A DNA stretch of 64,000 bases, from the NCBI GenBank assembly GCA_045602545.1, contig JAZSBR010000017.1, positions 2,675-66,674 of the forward strand, given 5' to 3'. A model generated the notes under the pieces. The model was not told where the DNA came from and made no database searches. It was given only the letters and a program-made list of their open reading frames with translations. Position numbers and translations under genes: made by a program. This DNA comes from Alphaproteobacteria bacterium (GTDB lineage Bacteria > Pseudomonadota > Alphaproteobacteria > RF32 > CAG-239). How positions within the stretch are numbered: the first letter of the stretch is position 1; every line of letters begins with the position of its first letter. Shown here piece by piece: positions 46,394 to 55,565 of the stretch.

Positions 46394-46949
46394 CAGGGTT
46401 TCCGCGTTTTGTTTTAACCGAGTGGAAATAAGAGGCGATTCTCAAAGAAATGTCGTTGGCAATAATTTTTGCGCCGTCTTTTTCAACTTTTTTCTTATCC
46501 ATGGTTGTGGAATAAGGATTATCAAGCAAGTCATAACTCAAGAATACCCAGCTTTTGCCCGAAACAAGATGACCGTCTTTTTCGCTCCAGAGCTCATAAC
46601 TGACGGTGTATTTCACCTTTTCACGCGTGGCGGTAATATCATCACGCAAAGCCTGCTCGGTTGTTTCTTTGGCAACCGGCTCGATTTTCAAAAAATATTT
46701 GGCATTTTTCGGAGTTCCGTGCGGATTAAAAGTGTCCATCAATTCATTTTTGATAAGCTGACCGATTCGGTCGGTAACTCCCTGAATGCGGATTTGCGCC
46801 ATTTCACGCACGATGTCGGTATCATATTTATTGTTATAATACCACAAGTCATTACCGCCGGTTTTTTCCACATAAAGCGGTTCAAACCCGCAGGCAGATA
46901 TAAGGCAAATCAGCGCCAATACGGCTATGTTATTCTTTTTATGCAACAA
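46383..46949 (-). CDS. lptE: LPS-assembly lipoprotein LptE
   Basis: Lipobox LISAC followed by GFEPLY, the right size, and its position between leuS and holA. Overlaps each neighbour by 11 nt. Confidence 0.7.
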   Translation of the reverse strand: MLHKKNNIAVLALICLISACGFEPLYVEKTGGNDLWYYNNKYDTDIVREMAQIRIQGVTDRIGQLIKNELMDTFNPHGTPKNAKYFLKIEPVAKETTEQALRDDITATREKVKYTVSYELWSEKDGHLVSGKSWVFLSYDLLDNPYSTTMDKKKVEKDGAKIIANDISLRIASYFHSVKTKRGNPDEY

Positions 46950-49416
46950 TGTTCACAATCCTATTCGGCACAACGATTACTTTCTTTATGGTTTTTCCCT
47001 CAAGCTGGCGTGCCACATTTTCCAGCTTTAAGGCTGCATCTTCGGCGGTTTTGTTGTCGGCATCTTTGGCGATGGTGATGGTGCCGCGCATTTTGCCGTT
47101 TAATTGAACGCCGATGGTCACAACATTATCTGCCGCCAATTTGGCATCGCCTTTCGGCCAACTTTCTGCCACGATGAATGAATTATAGCCCATGCGCGCC
47201 CACATTTCTTCCGCCAAGTGCGGAGTGAACGGCGACAAGAGCTTCAACAGCGTTGCATAAAGCTCTGCCGGAACTTTTTGAAGTTCAGACATATAATTAA
47301 CATATACCATCAGCGAAGAAACGGCAGTGTTGAACTTCATCTGGTCAATACGTTCGGTAACTTCCAAAATGCACTTATGCATGGCGCGCAAGTCAGCCTC
47401 GCTCGGCTCAATTTTATAAACTTTTTTGAACAAAGAATAAACTTTTGCCACAAAACGATAAACGCCGTTCAAGCTTTCTTCCGACCACATTGCTACTTGG
47501 TCAAACGGTCCGATGAACATCTCATATAAACGGAAGGTGTCGGCGCCGTAGTTGTTTACAATATCATCAGGGTTCACAACGTTACCGCGCGATTTACTCA
47601 TCTTTTCACCGTCTGACGCCAGAATCATACCATGCGAAGTGCGCTTTTGATACGGCTCAGGTTGCGGAACAAGACCGCAATCATACAAGAATTTGTGCCA
47701 GAAACGAGAATACAACAAGTGAAGAGTGGTATGCTCCATTCCGCCGTTGTACCAGTCAACGTTCATCCAATAATCAAGCGCTTCTTTTGAGGCGAATTCC
47801 TTATCATTGTGCGGGTCGCAATAACGCAAAAAATACCACGAAGAACCCGCCCAGTTTGGCATAACGTCGGTTTCACGGCGTGCATGGCCTCCGCACTTAG
47901 GGCAGGTGGTATTAACCCACTCTTTGGCATTTGCCAGAGGAGATTCGCCGTTATCATTCGGGCGATAATCCGGAACTTCCGGCAATTTCAGCGGTAACTG
48001 GTCTTCCGGAATCGGTTGCCAGCCACAATGTTCGCAATATACCATCGGAATCGGCTCACCCCAATAACGTTGGCGCGAAAATACCCAGTCACGCAGTTTG
48101 AAATTAACCTTTGCATGACCGAAACCTTTGTCCTCGGCATATTTGATGGCGGCATCCATAGCTTCTTTTTTATCCATGCCGTTCATAAAGCCGGAGTTGA
48201 TATGCAAGCCGTCTTCTTCCCAGGCCTCTTTAGAAATATCACCGCCCTCCAAAACTTGAATAATCGGCAAATTAAAGAGTTTGGCAAAATCATAGTCGCG
48301 CTGGTCGTGCGCCGGAACCGCCATAATTGCACCGGTGCCGTAGCCGGTTAAAACATAATCGGAGATAAATACCGGAATCAAGTCGCCGGTATAAGGATTC
48401 TTGGCCTTTATGCCTTTTAATTCAACACCCGTTTTGGTGGTATCAGCCGTGCGTTGAAGTTCAGACTTTTTCGCCGTTTCATTAACATAATTTTGCACCG
48501 CATCGGCATTTTCAAAGTTATTCATCAATTCGGAAACAAACTTATGTTCAGGCGCCATAACGCAATATGTAACACCGAAAGTTGTATCCGGACGAGTGGT
48601 ATAAACCACCATTTTCTTGCCTAAGCTATTGCCGGAATTGTCGGTCAATTCAAATTCCAATTCCGCACCTTCAGAACGCCCGATCCAGTTGATTTGAGTG
48701 GACTTAACACGGTCAATAAAATCAACCTTTTCAATGTCATCAATCAAGCGGTCGGCATACTTGGTGATGGCGAGCATCCATTGTTCTTTGTCTTTGCGGA
48801 CAACTTCGGCACCGCAACGCTCGCAATGACCGTTAACCACTTCTTCGTTTGCCAGACCAACCTTACAGGACGGACACCAGTTGATTGCCATTTTGTCCTT
48901 ATAAGCCAAGCCGTGCTTGAAAAATTGGATAAACATCCACTGGGTCCATTTATAATATTCCGGATCGCAGGTATTGAAGCATCTGTCCCAATCAAAAGAA
49001 AAGCCAATTGATTTAAGCTGACGAGTGAAGTTTGCAATATTTTCCTTTGTGGAAACAGCCGGATGCACACCGGTTTTGATGGCATAATTTTCTGCCGGCA
49101 GACCGAAGGCATCAAAGCCCATCGGATATAAAACATTAAACCCTTGCATACGTTTTTTACGGCTGATAACATCAAGCGCGGTATATGAACGCGGATGTCC
49201 GACATGCAAGCCGGCACCGGACGGATAAGGAAACTCAACAAGAGCATAAAACTTTTCTTTATTGTGGTCTATTTCAACCTTATAAACCTTTTCATCTTCC
49301 CAAATTTTTTGCCATTTATGCTCAATGGTGCGGAAATTGTAACGATCTTCAATTTCCCACTCTTTTTGCCATTGTTCAAATGTTTCTTTACCGTTATAAC
49401 GCGCATTAGCGGACAT
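46939..49416 (-). CDS. leuS: leucyl-tRNA synthetase
   Basis: HVGH (HIGH) and KMSKS motifs and a CP1 editing domain. Start moved to ATG 49416, which follows AAGGAG. Confidence 0.95.
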   Translation of the reverse strand: MSANARYNGKETFEQWQKEWEIEDRYNFRTIEHKWQKIWEDEKVYKVEIDHNKEKFYALVEFPYPSGAGLHVGHPRSYTALDVISRKKRMQGFNVLYPMGFDAFGLPAENYAIKTGVHPAVSTKENIANFTRQLKSIGFSFDWDRCFNTCDPEYYKWTQWMFIQFFKHGLAYKDKMAINWCPSCKVGLANEEVVNGHCERCGAEVVRKDKEQWMLAITKYADRLIDDIEKVDFIDRVKSTQINWIGRSEGAELEFELTDNSGNSLGKKMVVYTTRPDTTFGVTYCVMAPEHKFVSELMNNFENADAVQNYVNETAKKSELQRTADTTKTGVELKGIKAKNPYTGDLIPVFISDYVLTGYGTGAIMAVPAHDQRDYDFAKLFNLPIIQVLEGGDISKEAWEEDGLHINSGFMNGMDKKEAMDAAIKYAEDKGFGHAKVNFKLRDWVFSRQRYWGEPIPMVYCEHCGWQPIPEDQLPLKLPEVPDYRPNDNGESPLANAKEWVNTTCPKCGGHARRETDVMPNWAGSSWYFLRYCDPHNDKEFASKEALDYWMNVDWYNGGMEHTTLHLLYSRFWHKFLYDCGLVPQPEPYQKRTSHGMILASDGEKMSKSRGNVVNPDDIVNNYGADTFRLYEMFIGPFDQVAMWSEESLNGVYRFVAKVYSLFKKVYKIEPSEADLRAMHKCILEVTERIDQMKFNTAVSSLMVYVNYMSELQKVPAELYATLLKLLSPFTPHLAEEMWARMGYNSFIVAESWPKGDAKLAADNVVTIGVQLNGKMRGTITIAKDADNKTAEDAALKLENVARQLEGKTIKKVIVVPNRIVNIVA

Positions 49417-49525
49417 TTTTTTAATTCTCCTTGAAATCAAACTCAAAAATATGGCTCAAATTAACACGCTTTTTCTTAAATTTCAAAGATTTTTTCCACC
49501 TTATGCGCAAGCAATGGATATTAAA

Positions 49526-50272
49526 TTATTTCTTGAATGTAATAGTTACCTCATTCGTATTATCATCACGCAATACCTTAGCCGCATCCGCCGGAGTCCA
49601 ATGTACATGGTTACAGAAATTTTCAAACTGACGATATCCGGCACCGCAACCTAAAGATGCATCTATACATTTTCCCTCTTTTCCTAAATATCCAACTCCG
49701 CAATCTTTCACGCACCCCAATCCGCTTTTAACATAATCATTACAAATACCACATGACGTATGTTTATTAGAACAAGAAGGAATTTTAGTACCATCAAAAA
49801 CATGACTTCCGACCATGGCATTATCCTTAAATTGTGCAAATTCAAGATTTGTTGAGCCAGCAAATACTGAGGCTGCAATTACTGCGTTTGGTATAGATAT
49901 GCTCTTTAATTTTCCGGCAGATTGGAAAGCCCAATTACCGAGAGATTCAACGCTGTCTGGGATATAAATACTTTCTAAGTTTTGTAAATTTTTGAATGCT
50001 CCTGCTCCGACTCTGGTAACTCCTTCACTAATTATAATTTTTTTTATTTGATCTGTTTTATCTTCCCAAGGACGCTCAACCTCTAAACCTGTATCATTGT
50101 TCGTGTAATAATCTTTTATATTTCCTGTTCCGGATACAATCAAGGTGCCATCGTTTTGAAGTGTGCAAATAACACTACTCTTTTCATCGCCACAGTCCCA
50201 CATTTCCGCTTTTAAATTACCGATAAATGCTATATTTATCGCTACGCTTGTTAATAAAAACAGTTTTTTCAT
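49526..50272 (-). CDS. secreted BspA-type LRR protein with family C-terminal tag
   Basis: Signal peptide. EMWDCGD..GTLIVSGTG. LRR units (VGAGAFKN, LGNWAFQS..). Ends CNHVHWTPADAAKVLRDDNTNEVTITFKK. Preceded by leader copy 6. Confidence 0.85.
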   Translation of the reverse strand: MKKLFLLTSVAINIAFIGNLKAEMWDCGDEKSSVICTLQNDGTLIVSGTGNIKDYYTNNDTGLEVERPWEDKTDQIKKIIISEGVTRVGAGAFKNLQNLESIYIPDSVESLGNWAFQSAGKLKSISIPNAVIAASVFAGSTNLEFAQFKDNAMVGSHVFDGTKIPSCSNKHTSCGICNDYVKSGLGCVKDCGVGYLGKEGKCIDASLGCGAGYRQFENFCNHVHWTPADAAKVLRDDNTNEVTITFKK

Positions 50273-50310
50273 ATTTATTTCCTTTCCTTAAAAATTATTT
50301 TCATTTAGCA

Positions 50311-50540
50311 TAAAAGAAAAATCGCCCCAAAAAGGCGACTGGAAGTTAGTAACTATTATGTATTAGATAGTGTGATTTATTCGTAAAGGTTACCCCTTCT
50401 TATTTCATCACCTTCCAGTCATACGCATATGACTGAAAACGAAACTATCCCATCAAAAGGATTAATACATACGAGGTTACTACACCTCCGAGCCTTTTAT
50501 GCTCAATTTTTATGCTAGCAGAAAAAAATTGCTTTGTAAA
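50311..50540 (-). promoter_or_regulatory. family promoter + structured leader RNA + terminator, copy 6
   Basis: -35 TTTACA (50535-50540), 17 nt, -10 TAGCAT (50512-50517). RNA 5' end near 50504. Terminator agtcgcc/ggcgat plus U-run at 50311-50338. Confidence 0.75.
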
Positions 50541-50682
50541 GAAGAAAAATGATGTTTGATTACAGAAAGCTATTGTTGCATGGCAATTATTGCTATTGTT
50601 TACTTTTTTCTTATTTTCCTGCATATTTTGCAACAAAAGTCTTACAATAATCTTTTTTTGTTTTATTACAAGCTTTGCTGAA

Positions 50683-50704
50683 AACCCCCATTTTAATGGG
50701 GGTT
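50683..50704 (-). terminator. intrinsic terminator of the 50733 gene
   Basis: aacccccat-ttta-atgggggtt. On the minus strand it is followed by uuuucagc. Confidence 0.65.
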
Positions 50705-50732
50705 GAAAGTTCCCGACGACGATGTTATTAAA

Positions 50733-51656
50733 TTACTTTCTGAAAGTAATTGTCACTTCATTGCTGTTATCATCAAACAAAACTTCGGCGGCTTCAGCAG
50801 GTGTCCAGCGAATGCGATTGCACCAATTTTCAATCCTTTTATAATTGTCACCGCAACCGGTCGCGGCGGCAATACATTCACCGTCTTTTTCCAAATATCC
50901 GCTTTTGCAAGTCTGGCAATGTATATCATCGCGCATTTCTTCGCAATTTGCCGTAACGGTGCGGCATTTTCCGCTCTTTTTATCACCATATTGACCAATC
51001 GGACATGTTTCAGCACAAGTTCCGGCTAAGGTCAGATATTTGCCTTTTTCGCATGTCTGATCTTGATTGCCGATACATAAACCATTTGTCAAACTTCCGG
51101 CAGTACAATTGTTGCAAGCAAAACCTTCTCCGGATATACTGCATCTATTGCATCCGGCAATTAAATTACTGCATGTATAACATGTGCCATCCTTTTTTAT
51201 CTGGTTTTGTCCTCGGCAATCAATACATTGGCTTTTATCTGCGTTCCAGCCGGCGTAATCAGCGCATACGAGTGTAGTGCGCCCCTCATCATCAACATTA
51301 CATCCTGCCGTATGCTGAGATGACGGACAAGTATAGCATGTCCCGTTTTTAATTTTTTGATTTATGCCTCGGCAATCAATACATTTGCTTTTATCCGCGT
51401 TCCAGCCGGCGTAACCGGCGCATACGAGTGTAGTGTGCCCCTCATCATCAACATTACATCCTGCTACATGGTTTAGTGTTGGTGTTGAACAAGTATAGCA
51501 TATACCATTTTTTAATCTTTGATTTATACTGCGACAATCGATACACACTCCGTTTTCATTCAATCCATAAGGAGAAAAGCAAGCAGCAAAAGAATTATTC
51601 AAAGAAAACATAAATATTGCTATGGTCGATATTACTAGCAAAAATATTTTTTTCAT
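50733..51656 (-). CDS. secreted cysteine-rich repeat protein with family C-terminal tag
   Basis: Start at MKKIFLLVISTIAIFMF.. (51656), after AAGGAAAAAG. Three tandem units of about 52 aa (CIDCRxxNQxxKxGxCYTC...GCN...). Ends CNRIRWTPAEAAEVLFDDNSNEVTITFRK. Preceded by leader copy 7. Confidence 0.85.
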   Translation of the reverse strand: MKKIFLLVISTIAIFMFSLNNSFAACFSPYGLNENGVCIDCRSINQRLKNGICYTCSTPTLNHVAGCNVDDEGHTTLVCAGYAGWNADKSKCIDCRGINQKIKNGTCYTCPSSQHTAGCNVDDEGRTTLVCADYAGWNADKSQCIDCRGQNQIKKDGTCYTCSNLIAGCNRCSISGEGFACNNCTAGSLTNGLCIGNQDQTCEKGKYLTLAGTCAETCPIGQYGDKKSGKCRTVTANCEEMRDDIHCQTCKSGYLEKDGECIAAATGCGDNYKRIENWCNRIRWTPAEAAEVLFDDNSNEVTITFRK

Positions 51657-51699
51657 TTTCTTTTTCCTTTCTTTTTTATAAATTAAACCACGCATAAAA

Positions 51700-51911
51700 A
51701 CCAAAAACCTCCGAAACGGAGGCCGGAAGAGACAAACTATTTCGTATGATATAGTGTAACATATTCGAACTTGACAATTCTTATTCTGTTACCTTCCAGC
51801 CGAAAAGGATGGAAATATTGCTATTTTTAGCTTTCATACGAATGAGGTTTGTCTACCTCCGAGCCTTTTATGCTCAATTTTTATGCTAGCAGAAAAAAAT
51901 AGCTTTGTAAA
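51700..51911 (-). promoter_or_regulatory. family promoter + structured leader RNA + terminator, copy 7 (internally most divergent)
   Basis: -35 TTTACA (51906-51911), 17 nt, -10 TAGCAT (51883-51888). RNA 5' end near 51875. Terminator cctccg/cggagg plus U-run at 51701-51724. Confidence 0.75.
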
Positions 51912-52079
51912 GAAGAAAAATGATGTTTGAGTACTGAAAGCTATTGTTGCATGGCAATTATTGATGTTGTTGGTCTTTTTTCTTATTTTCCTGCATATTT
52001 TATAATAAAAGTCTTGCAATAATCTTTTTTTGTTTTATGCTTAAGGTCAGTTTTAAAGAAAGTTTTTTAAGAGGAAAAA

Positions 52080-53516
52080 ATGGAAACAAGAACCAGATTT
52101 GCGCCAAGCCCGACCGGCTATATGCATATCGGCAATTTGCGCACAGCTTTGTATGAATATTTGATTGCCAAATCACAAGGCGGAAAATTTATCTTGCGTA
52201 TTGAAGATACCGACCAAAAGCGCTATGTTGAAGGCGCTACCGATATTATCTATAAAACGCTCAAACGCGTTGGTATGAATTGGGACGAAGGACCGGATAT
52301 CGGCGGAAATTTCGGACCGTATGTGCAATCGGAACGCAAACCTATTTATGCCGAGTATGCTCATAAATTGGTGGAGTTGGGCGGTGCGCACTATTGTTTT
52401 TGTAAGCAAAAAGAAGAAACTGATGATGAAGAAGGCGAGGGCGCTGAAACTCATACAAAGCTCAAGGACCCGTGCTTAAAACTTTCATTGGAAGAAGCAA
52501 AAGCGCGTATTGCCGCAGGCGAGCCGTATGTTGTGCGTCAAACCATTAACAAAAAAGGAACATCCGTTTTTCATGATGTGGTATATGGCGAAATTGATAT
52601 TGATTATGATGAGCTTGACGAAGGCGTTTTGCTTAAATCTGACGGCTTTCCGACCTATAATTTTGCCAATGTGATTGATGACCACTTAATGCAGATTACG
52701 CATGTTGTGCGCGGTAATGAATATATTTCCTCAACCCCGAAATATAATTTGATTTATGAAGCTTTCGGTTGGACACCGCCGATTTATGTTCACGTTCCGC
52801 AAGTTATGAAAGATGCTCAGCACAAGCTCAGCAAGCGCAACGGTGATGCCTCGTTCCAAGATTTGGTGGCAAAGGGATATCTGCCGGAAGCGGTGCTCAA
52901 TTATATTGCGCTTCTCGGTTGGAATCCGGGGACAGAGCAGGAAATTTTTTCGCTTGAAGAGTTGGAGAAAGTCTTTACTTGCGAGCGTCTTAATAAATCG
53001 CCGGCAATTTTTGATTCAACAAAACTAACTTGGATGAACGGCTGTTATATCCGCAATTTGAGCGCCGAAAAGTTTCACGAGATGGCTATGCCTTATTATG
53101 ACAAGCTTGAAGGCAAAAGGTATAATCTTAAAATGCTGAGCTCGGTTTTGCAACCGCGTATTGAAGTTTTGAACGATATCAGAACACAAACCGAATTTTT
53201 GGCAGAACTTCCGGAATATGATGTTGCGCTTTTTGAAAATAAAAAGATGAAAACTAATCCTGAAATGGCAAAAAAATCGCTTGAACTTGTTCTGCCGGTT
53301 TTGGAAAATGCCTCAAATTGGAGTAATGAAGCTTTGTTTGAAGCCTTAAAAGAAGTTGCCGGCGCAAATGAGCTTAAAAACGGACAAGTTTTATATCCGC
53401 TCAGAATTGCGCTTTCGGGGTTGGAAACAACACCGGGCGGAGCAACCGAATTAGCGGTGGTTTTGGGTAAAGCCGAAACTCTGGCACGAGTAAAGAAAGC
53501 TTTGCAAAAGTTATAA
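52080..53516 (+). CDS. gltX: glutamyl-tRNA synthetase
   Basis: RFAPSPTGYMHIGNLRTAL (HIGH) and KLSKR (KMSKS). Confidence 0.95.
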   Translation: METRTRFAPSPTGYMHIGNLRTALYEYLIAKSQGGKFILRIEDTDQKRYVEGATDIIYKTLKRVGMNWDEGPDIGGNFGPYVQSERKPIYAEYAHKLVELGGAHYCFCKQKEETDDEEGEGAETHTKLKDPCLKLSLEEAKARIAAGEPYVVRQTINKKGTSVFHDVVYGEIDIDYDELDEGVLLKSDGFPTYNFANVIDDHLMQITHVVRGNEYISSTPKYNLIYEAFGWTPPIYVHVPQVMKDAQHKLSKRNGDASFQDLVAKGYLPEAVLNYIALLGWNPGTEQEIFSLEELEKVFTCERLNKSPAIFDSTKLTWMNGCYIRNLSAEKFHEMAMPYYDKLEGKRYNLKMLSSVLQPRIEVLNDIRTQTEFLAELPEYDVALFENKKMKTNPEMAKKSLELVLPVLENASNWSNEALFEALKEVAGANELKNGQVLYPLRIALSGLETTPGGATELAVVLGKAETLARVKKALQKL

Positions 53517-53528
53517 GGAATAATAAAA

Positions 53529-54245
53529 ATGCGCCGGCGAACGAGAGATTGTATAGCAAAAATTATAAAGCTTGCCGTTGCCGGTGCAATTTTGTTTTTA
53601 TACATGTATCCCGAATACATTAAAAGGCCGATTTATCAGCATTTGTACGGTAAACCGTATGAAAAACGGTTGAATGTGTGGGAGCATGATGTTTTCGGTG
53701 ATTTGAATGCGGAACAAAAAAAATCTTTTTCGCGCAAATATAAAGGCACAAAAATAACATTTTTCCCGCAAAAATCGTATGAAGTGGTGGCGCGTATCGG
53801 TGTTTTGGAACGCTATGACACTTTTTGGGAAAAGTTTTATCACGGATATGATGAAAACCGGCGGATATATAATTTGTTTTCGCCGATTGATTTGGCGCTT
53901 GTGCAAGGGCAGGGCGCATACAGCAAAAAGTTTAACCGGTGCTTTAAGCATGAATATCGCTTGCTTTGGTCTTGTCCGGATATTGACAGGAAGTATTTTA
54001 ATAACAATCATATGATTCCGGCAAACAGAACCATTAAAAAGGGGCTTGAAACTCTGCATAAAGGGGATATAGTTTATATTAAAGGACTGCTTGTCAATGT
54101 TAAAGTTCCTGATTGGGATATGATGCTGACCGGAACTTCGCACGATATGACGCACAAAAATCAGTTTGCCGGCGGGCTTTATACCGGAATGTGTTTTTTG
54201 GTTTATTTGCAAAAATTAGCGGTTAACGGCTATGTTTATGAATAG
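53529..54245 (+). CDS. hypothetical membrane-anchored protein
   Basis: N-terminal TM and globular-looking composition. The antisense 204-aa ORF looks like R/I/F-rich junk. Confidence 0.6.
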   Translation: MRRRTRDCIAKIIKLAVAGAILFLYMYPEYIKRPIYQHLYGKPYEKRLNVWEHDVFGDLNAEQKKSFSRKYKGTKITFFPQKSYEVVARIGVLERYDTFWEKFYHGYDENRRIYNLFSPIDLALVQGQGAYSKKFNRCFKHEYRLLWSCPDIDRKYFNNNHMIPANRTIKKGLETLHKGDIVYIKGLLVNVKVPDWDMMLTGTSHDMTHKNQFAGGLYTGMCFLVYLQKLAVNGYVYE

Positions 54246-54253
54246 GAGGATAA

Positions 54254-54790
54254 ATGAACAAGTTGATAGTTTTGCTTTTTGCCGTGGTGCTTTGCTCATC
54301 TGCAAACGCGCAGGATTTTGATTTGAGCGACATAATGCAGGGAGGTTTTTCCGGCGTATCAAGTGCCGAATATGATGAGGCCTTTAATGAACTTGACAGC
54401 AATAAAAACGGTTATTTAAGCGAAAATGAGTTATTGAAGTTTCAGCAAAATGGCTTGGGGCAGGCTGAAGATTTAACCTATAAGGTTTTTGACGCTGATG
54501 AAGACGGAAATGTGAGCAAAGATGAGTATTTGGCTTTTTTCAAAAAACAACCGGCACAAAATGTTTCCGAAGCCGATTTGGCGCGAATTTTTGAAGATAT
54601 GGATGCTGATAAAGACGGCAATTTATCGCCTGAAGAGCTTAAAGAATATCGCCTTAAACATCTGGAAGCGCAGAATCGTGAAATTTTTAAGCTGATGGAT
54701 TTTAATCACGACCGAAAATTAACCAAAGAAGAATTCGGCAGTTTTATGGCATTTACAAAAAGCATTTTGGGAAATATACAAGGTTTTTAA
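54254..54790 (+). CDS. secreted EF-hand calcium-binding protein
   Basis: Signal peptide. Four EF loops: DSNKNGYLSENE, DADEDGNVSKDE, DADKDGNLSPEE, DFNHDRKLTKEE. Confidence 0.8.
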   Translation: MNKLIVLLFAVVLCSSANAQDFDLSDIMQGGFSGVSSAEYDEAFNELDSNKNGYLSENELLKFQQNGLGQAEDLTYKVFDADEDGNVSKDEYLAFFKKQPAQNVSEADLARIFEDMDADKDGNLSPEELKEYRLKHLEAQNREIFKLMDFNHDRKLTKEEFGSFMAFTKSILGNIQGF

Positions 54791-54808
54791 GATATTAAAC
54801 AAAAAACA

Positions 54809-54830
54809 ACGCCCGCGGATTTGCGGGCGT
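54809..54830. terminator. hairpin between convergent genes
   Basis: acgcccgc-ggattt-gcgggcgt, with T/A runs on both sides. Confidence 0.65.
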
Positions 54831-54854
54831 CAGTTTTATAAAAAAGCATCAAAA

Positions 54855-55484
54855 CTATTTTTTAGCCTTGCCTTTAGGGGCAGATTTTTTCGGAGCTTTT
54901 TTAACCGTTTTTTTAGCCGGCTCAGCTTTAGTCTTTGCCTTTGATGCTGTCTTAGGTGCAGATTTTGCTGCCTGCTTAACAATCGGCTTTTTAGAAGCCT
55001 TGGCAGATTTAATACCTACTTTTTTATCAATGATTTTAGTGATTTTTTCTTCATCTTCCTTGGAAATTATGCCATAAAGCGGAATTGAAAATGCCGGAAA
55101 CGGATTGTGTTTCTGTAACCAATTATATTTATAATCAATGCCGTCATGAGCAACCAGAGAAAGAACCTTGCGGTTTTTGCCGCAGCACTTAACCATTGTT
55201 TCTTCCGCATAAGCAATATCTTTCCATGCAAGCGGGGCATTATGGTCAATTGTGATGTCTTTATCTGTTATCACTGCCATTTCATTATCAGCGCAAAACT
55301 TATACAGCCAAACGCCCAAATGTGCGGATATGATAACCAGTAAAGCCGTGAATTGCCATATATAAAGACTGGCAGAATAACAAACCAGACACTTGAACAA
55401 AACAGCCAATGCCGCAATATCAAATATCAACCAAGTCCAAGCCCAAAAGCCTTTTTTGAAACGATAATAAATAACTTCTTTCAT
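54855..55484 (-). CDS. membrane protein with K/A/P-rich histone-H1-like C-terminal tail
   Basis: Two N-terminal TM helices. Tail AKASKKPIVKQAAKSAPKTASKAKTKAEPAKKTVKKAPKKSAPKGKAKK. Confidence 0.6.
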   Translation of the reverse strand: MKEVIYYRFKKGFWAWTWLIFDIAALAVLFKCLVCYSASLYIWQFTALLVIISAHLGVWLYKFCADNEMAVITDKDITIDHNAPLAWKDIAYAEETMVKCCGKNRKVLSLVAHDGIDYKYNWLQKHNPFPAFSIPLYGIISKEDEEKITKIIDKKVGIKSAKASKKPIVKQAAKSAPKTASKAKTKAEPAKKTVKKAPKKSAPKGKAKK

Positions 55485-55565
55485 ATTTTAATCTCCTAAA
55501 ATTTGTTATTTTTCCTTATAAATAGATTTTAATGCTTAAAATTTATTTAATCAAGCACTAATTGC

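Noticed and set aside
46254-47078. 274-aa plus-strand ORF spanning holA, lptE and leuS
   Set aside because: It is antisense to three well-supported genes. Composition is F/R/I-rich and low-complexity, typical of a shadow frame in AT-rich DNA.
50445-50636. 63-aa ORF, and its paralogue at 51834-52019, conserved between the two tandem loci
   Set aside because: They run straight through the conserved promoter and the 5' part of the leader RNA. Their conservation is explained by the DNA/RNA element, and they have no SD.
9150-51911. Whether the seven repeated ~200-nt elements are a CRISPR array, IS/MITE copies or a T-box/known riboswitch
   Set aside because: They are dispersed rather than arrayed. 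They lack terminal inverted repeats, target-site duplications and transposases. They are always oriented toward a downstream gene and have their own promoter. I see no T-box (AGAGA / GNUGGNA) or other riboswitch core that I can recognise. A known Rfam family is still not excluded without cmscan.
53598-54212. 204-aa minus-strand ORF
   Set aside because: It is antisense to the protein-like 53529-54245 ORF, with an R/I/F/K-rich junk composition.
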